Shown here: piece after piece, positions 58,147 through 64,000 of the stretch
How positions within the stretch are numbered: position 1 is the first letter of the stretch
Layout: the number at the start of each line of letters is the position of its first letter
DNA from: an uncultured delta proteobacterium
GTDB taxonomy: Bacteria; Desulfobacterota; Desulfobulbia; Desulfobulbales; JAGXFP01
Assembly: GCA_963807225.1 (NCBI GenBank)
Contig: CAWEAD010000008.1
Span: forward strand, 200,586 to 264,585
DNA length: 64,000 bases
Reading direction: 5' to 3'
Made by a program: the position numbers and the translations under genes
Notes under the pieces: generated by a model
The model's input: the letters and a program-made list of their open reading frames with translations, nothing else
What the model was told of the DNA's origin: nothing
Databases searched by the model: none

Positions 58147-59147
58147 AAATCCCAACCCCAGAATTTGAGAAACTGCGGAAAATTCCAGATATTCGAGTCA
58201 TTTCTGGACCAGAATTTAAGACTGGTATAGAAGTTCACCCCGGTCTCCTCCGGCGGTCCCAAAGCCTTGTCCTGGCCGACTTCCGGGTCCAGAGCCCACC
58301 AGCTCATGAACAGCAGTTCCAGTGGTTTGCTGTTGCCCTTGACGTATCCCCGACGGCGACCCTCCCGTTCGAAAAAGGATACCTTGCGGTCGCCCAGTGG
58401 CAAAGCCTCGAGGTCGGCCATTGGCGCCAGCCCGGTGGGTGGATCGACTGCCCCCGCCGTCTCGCTTCCCTGGCGGAATTCGATCTTCATCACCCGGTGG
58501 GTTCTCCCTTTGATGGAGATTACCAGCCGGCCGTAAGGTTCTTGCTCCGGCAGATTCAGCCGGCCTGGCAGCATTTCCCCGTATATGTTCTGACCGTTCG
58601 ACGGCCAGCCGGCCGGCCAGTATTCCCGGGGCAGTTTGTTGGTCGGAATCATGGCCAGGTAACAGCCGCAGGTATGCAGCGTGGTGATCAGCACCGGTTC
58701 TTCGCGGGCATTGAGAGTAACATAGACCAGTAATCCGACATTATTGCCCCAGGTCAGATGGGGCCAAGGGACTGCCGGAAAATGAATCCGGTAGATCAGA
58801 TTGGTGTACTCACCCTTCTCTGTGGTGAATTTCTGCGTCAGGGTATAGATGGTCGGCCGGGATGTATCGATGAAGACTTCGTAATCATCGGTCGCTGTAG
58901 GGCGGGCCGTGGCGGCTCCGATGCGGTTATAGTCGAACTGATAGTCCCGCACCTCGAAGTGCGGGGCATAGCGCTGGAGCAGGATATTTTCACCCTCCTC
59001 GGCCAGCGGTCGATAGAGAGCCAGGTTCGATACCCGATCCGGTGCCGGTTCCCCGACAAGAGCGCACCCCCCCTGCAGACTCAGGAAGGAAATGAGCACA
59101 AAAGGCAAGGGCAATAATTTAATGATATTAAACATGGTTGATCTCAT
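58143..59147 (-). CDS. conserved-looking hypothetical lipoprotein
   Basis: Lipobox LSLQGG|C after a hydrophobic signal. Trp/aromatic-rich C-terminus (FLKFWGWDF). No family recognised. Confidence 0.6.
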   Translation of the reverse strand: MRSTMFNIIKLLPLPFVLISFLSLQGGCALVGEPAPDRVSNLALYRPLAEEGENILLQRYAPHFEVRDYQFDYNRIGAATARPTATDDYEVFIDTSRPTIYTLTQKFTTEKGEYTNLIYRIHFPAVPWPHLTWGNNVGLLVYVTLNAREEPVLITTLHTCGCYLAMIPTNKLPREYWPAGWPSNGQNIYGEMLPGRLNLPEQEPYGRLVISIKGRTHRVMKIEFRQGSETAGAVDPPTGLAPMADLEALPLGDRKVSFFEREGRRRGYVKGNSKPLELLFMSWWALDPEVGQDKALGPPEETGVNFYTSLKFWSRNDSNIWNFPQFLKFWGWDF

Positions 59148-59179
59148 TTCTCATGAAATGATCTGTATTATTGGCGGCA

Positions 59180-60340
59180 TCAGCCTTTAACCACGGCCAA
59201 GGGAGTCAGTTCGAGTACTACTTCGACCAGATCTTCCTGGGCGTGGATCACCTGACCGATGTCCTTGTAGGCACCCGGGGCTTCGTCCAGGTCGCGGCGG
59301 CCCCGAAGGGCGTGAATGACTCCCAGCCGGTCGAGTTTGGTTTTCTCCTGTTCCAGATCGAGGCTTCGCTGGGCCTCCTTGCGGCCCATCAGCCGGCCGG
59401 CGCCATGGGAGCAGGAGCGAAAGCTTTCCGGATTGCCCTGGCCGCGAACGATATAACTCTTACTGCCCTGGGAACCAGGGATGATCCCCAGTTCACCCTT
59501 GGCGGCACTGGTTGCCCCCTTGCGGTGGATGACGACCTCACGGCCGAAGTGGTTTTCCATGGCCGCGTAGTTATGGGCGATATTGATCATCTCTCCGAAG
59601 ATCACCTCGCCCAGCACCTCGGTCAGGGCCTCCTCGACGCGCTCCATCATCAACATCCGGTTACGAAGAGCAAACTCGACACAATAGCGCATCTCCGCCA
59701 GATAAATCCGGCCTACCGCCGAGTCCAGTTCCAGATGGGCCAGTTGCCAGGCCTTGGGAATCGGACTGTGGGTCTTGCGGTTGATCTCGATGGCCAAATG
59801 GTTGTAGTGATTCGCCACCCGAAAGCCGAGGTTGCGGCTGCCGGAATGGACCATCAGCCATATTCGGCCATCGCTGCCCCGCTGGATTTCGATGAAATGG
59901 TTGCCGCCGCCCAGGGTGCCGACCTGATAGAGGGCGTTCCGGTACTCCTGTTCCACCATCGGCAGCTTACCCTGTGGAATGGGCAGCCGGCTTTGATCCT
60001 GGGCTGACTTGTGATGGTTGAAGCCCAAAGGAATTTTTTTCCTGATCGCCTCAAGGATCTTTTTCAGATCATTTCGGTCTATGGCGGTCAGTGAGGTGGG
60101 AACCGCGCACATGCCGCAGCCGATGTCAACTCCGACCGCGTTGGGGATAATGACCCCGGAGGTGGCCAGTACCCCGCCGATGGGCATGCCGTATCCCTGG
60201 TGGGCGTCGGGCATGATCGCTACATGATGGAAGACGAAAGGCAGGTTGGCCAGGTTCTTGGCCTGGGCCAGGGCTCCAGGCTCGATATCATCAAGCCAGA
60301 GCTTAATCGGGGTCTTTTCTGATTTGATTGTCTTTTGCAT
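59180..60340 (-). CDS. rtcB: RtcB-family RNA 3'-phosphate ligase (short, 386 aa form)
   Basis: HVAIMPDAHQGYGMPIGGV, DIGCGM, GGGNHFIEIQ, HSGSRNLG, SCSHGAGR. Confidence 0.9.
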   Translation of the reverse strand: MQKTIKSEKTPIKLWLDDIEPGALAQAKNLANLPFVFHHVAIMPDAHQGYGMPIGGVLATSGVIIPNAVGVDIGCGMCAVPTSLTAIDRNDLKKILEAIRKKIPLGFNHHKSAQDQSRLPIPQGKLPMVEQEYRNALYQVGTLGGGNHFIEIQRGSDGRIWLMVHSGSRNLGFRVANHYNHLAIEINRKTHSPIPKAWQLAHLELDSAVGRIYLAEMRYCVEFALRNRMLMMERVEEALTEVLGEVIFGEMINIAHNYAAMENHFGREVVIHRKGATSAAKGELGIIPGSQGSKSYIVRGQGNPESFRSCSHGAGRLMGRKEAQRSLDLEQEKTKLDRLGVIHALRGRRDLDEAPGAYKDIGQVIHAQEDLVEVVLELTPLAVVKG

Positions 60341-60410
60341 GGAGTCGCCGCCGGCCGGTTTTTTTATATTCGTCCCGGCTCCGTTCTCCAGATTCTATGG
60401 CAGGATCAAC

Positions 60411-60449
60411 CATAAAGCAACGGCCTGTTCCGGGTGGGGAGCAGGCCGT
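60411..60449 (-). terminator. candidate intrinsic terminator after valS
   Basis: The minus strand carries ACGGCCTG...CAGGCCGT, an 8-bp stem, followed by TGCTTTAT (weak U-tract). Confidence 0.45.
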
Positions 60450-60497
60450 GCGGATGATTTTCCCAGGGACTGACGTCGGAGTTGATAAGTGCCGGGA

Positions 60498-63170
60498 TCA
60501 GGCCAGCTCCTCCAGACGCGCCAGGCCTTCTGCGATTTTAACCAGTGAGGACTTGAGCAGGGTGATCTTTTCCCGTTCCTTCTCCACCACCTCGGGGGGG
60601 GCGTTTTTGACGAATTTCTCGTTCTGCAGCTTACCTTCGGTGCGCTGCAGGTCCTGGCTGAGCTTGTCGCGATCCCGGGTCAGTCGGGTGGTTTCCTTGG
60701 CGATATCAACCAGTCCCTGCATCGGAATGAAAATCTCCAGATCCTCATAGAGCCCGGCGGCGGCGCCCTTGGGGCGGATACCTTCCGTGACTATGGTCAG
60801 GTCGGCGCAACGGGCCAGATTGATCACGGTGGCTGACTCGCCTTCAATCAGCTTGGCCCGATCAGGATCGGGGCAGATCAGGGTTGCCTCGATCCGGGCC
60901 GAGGGGGGCACCATCATCTCGCTGCGGATATTGCGAATTACCCCGATCAACCCCATCAGGAGGGTGGCGGTGCGCTCGGCTTCCTGATCCTCGCGGATGG
61001 CGAGAGCCTCCGGAAATGACTCGGTCATCAGCGAACTCCGCTCGCCGGGGAGAACGCTCCAGATTTCTTCACTGACGAACGGGGTGAGGGGATGGAGCAG
61101 CTTCAGGATTGTCTCCAAGACTTCCAGCAGTACCCGCCTGGTTTGTTTCTTGCGTGGTTGATCGTCGCCGTAGAGGTCGCCTTTGATCCACTCCAGATAC
61201 CAGTCGCAGAACTCATGCCAGATGAACTGGTACAAGGTCGAAGCGACATCGTTGAAACGGTACTCGTCCAGCGCGTTGCGGACCTCGCTCACCGCCTGGT
61301 TGGTGCGGCTGGTAATCCAGCGATTGGGCAAAGTAAGAGCCTCTTGCGCGTGGTGCTCGTCGAGATCATCTTCGGTGATATGCATCAAGGCGAAGCGGGC
61401 GGCGTTCCAGATCTTGTTGATGAAGAATCGGTAGCCCTCGATCCGTTCCTCGTCCAGGCGGATTTCTCGGCCCTGGGCGGCGAAGGCGGCCAGAGTGAAG
61501 CGCAGGGCGTCGGTGCCGTAGGTGGCCATAACCTCCAGGGGGTCAATGACGTTGCCGGTGGATTTTGACATCTTCTTACCGTGCTTATCGCGGACCAGGG
61601 CGTGCAGGTAAACGTCGCGGAAGGGCACTTCATTCATGAAATGCAACCCCATCATCATCATCCTGGCGACCCAGAAGAAGAGGATATCGAAGCTGGTGAT
61701 CAGCACCGAGGTGGGGTAGAAGGTCTTCAGTTCCGGGGTCTCCTCCGGCCAGCCCAGGGTCGAGAAGGGCCAGAGGGCCGAGGAGAACCAGGTGTCCAGA
61801 ACATCGGTCTCCTGGGTCAACTCGGTACTGCCGCATTTGGGGCAGACGGTCGGATCGGTGGCGGCGACGATCAGTTCGCCGCACTTGTCGCAGGTCCAGG
61901 CGGGGATACGATGTCCCCACCAGATCTGCCTGGAGATACACCAGTCGCGGATGTTGTCCATCCAACTGTAAAAGGTGTTGTACCAGGTCTTGGGGTAAAT
62001 GTTGATCCTTCCCTCGCGCACCGCGTTTACTGCCGCGTCGGCCAGGGGCCGCACCGAGACGAACCACTGTTCGGAGGTGATCGACTCGGCCACGGTATGG
62101 CAGCGGTAGCAGTGGCCGACCCCGTGCTGGTAAGGTTCGATCTTTTCCAAAAAGCCCAGGGCCTCGAGATCGGCAACGATCTGCCTGCGGCAGGCAAAAC
62201 GCTCGAGACCGGCGTACTTGCCGGCGTTTTCGTTCATCACCCCGTGGCTGTCCATGACCTTCAGGCGCGGCAGATTGTGGCGGTTGCCGATCTCGTAGTC
62301 ATTGCGATCATGCGAGGGGGTAACCTTCAGGGCCCCGGTGCCGAAGTCCTTCTGCACGTAAGGATCAGTGATCACAGGGATGATTCGGTCGGTGAGCGGC
62401 AGTCTGACCGTCATCGCCGGCAGATTTTGATAGCGCTCATCCTCGGGATGGACCGCCACGGCGGTATCGCCCAGCATGGTTTCGGGCCTGGTAGTGGCGA
62501 CCACCAGGTAGCGGTCGCCTTCGGTCAGGGGATAGCGGATGTGATAAAGCTTGCCGTCGGTGGGTTCGTGTTCCACCTCGTCGTCGGCCAGGGCGGTGTG
62601 GCAGCGCGGGCACCAGTTGACGATGTAGTCGCCCTTGTAGATCAGCCCTTCTTGGTAAAGGCGGACGAAGACTTCGCGCACCGCCTTCGACAAGCCCTCG
62701 TCCATGGTAAAGCGTTCCCGTTCCCAGTCGCAGGAACTGCCCAGTTTCTTGAGCTGGTTAACAATGGTGCCGCCCTTTTCGGCCCGCCAGTCCCAGACCC
62801 GATCGATGAACTGTTCGCGGCCCAGGTCGTGACGCGTCTTCCCTTCGCTGGCCAGCTGTCGCTCCACCACGTTCTGGGTGGCGATGCCGGCATGGTCGGT
62901 GCCGGGCACCCAGAGGGTATTGTAGCCGTCCATGCGTTTGTAGCGGACCAGGATGTCCTGCAGGGTATTGTTAAGGGCATGGCCGACATGCAGGACCCCG
63001 GTGACATTGGGGGGCGGAATGACGATGCTGAAGGATTCGCGGTCGGGATGGAGAGTGGCCGCCGCCTTGTTTTCCCGCTCCCAGACCGAAAGCCATTTTT
63101 CCTCGACTTCCTTGAATTCATAGCCTTTGGCCAGCTCCGGCTTGGTGGGCGGGGTGCTTTGACTTGACAT
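60498..63170 (-). CDS. valS: valine--tRNA ligase
   Basis: PPNVTGVLHVGHAL (HIGH), KKMSKSTGN (KMSKS), CP1 editing domain, C-terminal coiled coil. ATG 63170 (MSSQSTPP...) is preferred over the upstream ORF start. Confidence 0.95.
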   Translation of the reverse strand: MSSQSTPPTKPELAKGYEFKEVEEKWLSVWERENKAAATLHPDRESFSIVIPPPNVTGVLHVGHALNNTLQDILVRYKRMDGYNTLWVPGTDHAGIATQNVVERQLASEGKTRHDLGREQFIDRVWDWRAEKGGTIVNQLKKLGSSCDWERERFTMDEGLSKAVREVFVRLYQEGLIYKGDYIVNWCPRCHTALADDEVEHEPTDGKLYHIRYPLTEGDRYLVVATTRPETMLGDTAVAVHPEDERYQNLPAMTVRLPLTDRIIPVITDPYVQKDFGTGALKVTPSHDRNDYEIGNRHNLPRLKVMDSHGVMNENAGKYAGLERFACRRQIVADLEALGFLEKIEPYQHGVGHCYRCHTVAESITSEQWFVSVRPLADAAVNAVREGRINIYPKTWYNTFYSWMDNIRDWCISRQIWWGHRIPAWTCDKCGELIVAATDPTVCPKCGSTELTQETDVLDTWFSSALWPFSTLGWPEETPELKTFYPTSVLITSFDILFFWVARMMMMGLHFMNEVPFRDVYLHALVRDKHGKKMSKSTGNVIDPLEVMATYGTDALRFTLAAFAAQGREIRLDEERIEGYRFFINKIWNAARFALMHITEDDLDEHHAQEALTLPNRWITSRTNQAVSEVRNALDEYRFNDVASTLYQFIWHEFCDWYLEWIKGDLYGDDQPRKKQTRRVLLEVLETILKLLHPLTPFVSEEIWSVLPGERSSLMTESFPEALAIREDQEAERTATLLMGLIGVIRNIRSEMMVPPSARIEATLICPDPDRAKLIEGESATVINLARCADLTIVTEGIRPKGAAAGLYEDLEIFIPMQGLVDIAKETTRLTRDRDKLSQDLQRTEGKLQNEKFVKNAPPEVVEKEREKITLLKSSLVKIAEGLARLEELA

Positions 63171-63171
63171 G

Positions 63172-64000
63172 TTATTTAACGCTCCAGGGTTTAGGCAGAA
63201 ATATATAGGTGTAAAGATCCAGGGCATAATGGTCGGTCATACCGGCGATGAAATCGCAGACCTTGCGCGCCCGGCTGGTGTCTTCACCGTAGTCGATGGA
63301 ATTGTCGAAATAGTCGTCGTGATCCAGATAATAATCGTATAGTTCCCGGAGGATCTTCTCGCCCTTGACGAAGTCGTTGTGGACCCGGTGTGCCTCGTAG
63401 ACATTCTCATAAAGAAAGGCGCGCAAATCGGTAACGGCGGTCAGCACCGGCGGGCTCATCACCAGGCGGGCGCCGCCGGCGTCCAGGGTATTGACGACCA
63501 GGTCGCGGACCATGGCCCCGAGCCGCGCCGAGTGAGTGTCGCCCAAGAGACGGCGGATATCGGCCGGGACGCTTTTTTCATCAAGAATGCCGGCCCGGAT
63601 GGCGTCGTCCAGGTCGTGATTGACGTAGGCGATGATATCGGCCATTCGCACTAGCTGGCCTTCCTGGGTTATCGGCATTCCCTCTGGGGCGTCGGAGAGG
63701 ATATCGCTTTTACCCTTGGAATGATTGATGATACCGTCGCGAACCTCGAAGGTCAGGTTGAGGCCGCGACCCTTTTTTTCCAGGATGTCCACCACTCGCA
63801 GACTCTGTTCGTAATGGCGGAAGCCATCCGGGTACAGTTCGTTCAGCACCGATTCCCCGGCGTGGCCGAAGGGGGTGTGGCCGAGATCGTGGGCCAGAGC
63901 TATGGCCTCGGCCAGATGCTCGTTTAGGCGCAAGGCACTGGCGACGGTTCGGGCAATTTGGGACACTTCCAGGACATGGGTCAGGCGGGTCCGGTAATGA
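63172..64000 (-). CDS. dGTP triphosphohydrolase-like HD-domain protein (N-terminus beyond window end)
   Basis: RLTHVLEVSQIARTV...LAHDLGHTPFGHAGE is the HD motif. The frame stays open to the window edge. Its stop lies 1 nt before the valS start. Confidence 0.85.
   Translation of the reverse strand, partial: HYRTRLTHVLEVSQIARTVASALRLNEHLAEAIALAHDLGHTPFGHAGESVLNELYPDGFRHYEQSLRVVDILEKKGRGLNLTFEVRDGIINHSKGKSDILSDAPEGMPITQEGQLVRMADIIAYVNHDLDDAIRAGILDEKSVPADIRRLLGDTHSARLGAMVRDLVVNTLDAGGARLVMSPPVLTAVTDLRAFLYENVYEAHRVHNDFVKGEKILRELYDYYLDHDDYFDNSIDYGEDTSRARKVCDFIAGMTDHYALDLYTYIFLPKPWSVK

Noticed and set aside
61581-63167. 528-aa plus-strand ORF opposite valS
   Set aside because: It is antisense to a near-canonical ValS. 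Its composition is dominated by G, D, V, A and H with no motifs, so it is a shadow ORF.

Overview
64-kb chromosomal segment, about 55-60% GC, with AT-rich islets. By inference it comes from a Desulfuromonadales-like deltaproteobacterium: lysC-cimA synteny, a CarD/CdnL gene, a sigma54-driven type IV pilin, and an ispE-tRNA(Gln)-prs-rplY-pth block. Most of it is housekeeping: valS, cysS, serA, lysC, cimA, prs, pth, rplY, ispE, coaE, rluD, trmL, corA and two tRNA-Gln genes. Four regions stand out. (1) 9.8-13.2 kb holds a compact three-gene operon encoding divergent MraZ-, FtsA- and FtsZ-family proteins. It has no other dcw genes and is preceded by a strong promoter carrying phased G-rich repeats that look like MraZ boxes. 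This is my best candidate for an undescribed paralogous cytoskeletal or division-like module. (2) 24.2-35.4 kb is an 11-gene minus-strand operon for the complete succinate/propionate methylmalonyl-CoA route, including a membrane Na+-pumping decarboxylase. (3) 35.4-47.0 kb is a mosaic, partly AT-rich glycan island ending at tRNA-Gln(CTG). It contains tagD and tagF-like CDP-glycerol genes, several glycosyltransferases, a polyprenyl-P-sugar synthase plus GT-C/TPR pair, and a pilin gene. At least three genes, and probably the pilin too, are broken by many frameshifts confined to 40.4-46.4 kb. (4) 2.3-3.1 kb is an AT-rich islet encoding an eight-cysteine mini-protein. I saw no CRISPR array, IS element, integrase or rRNA. 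All calls rest on reading the translations and sequence by eye; no database search was run.
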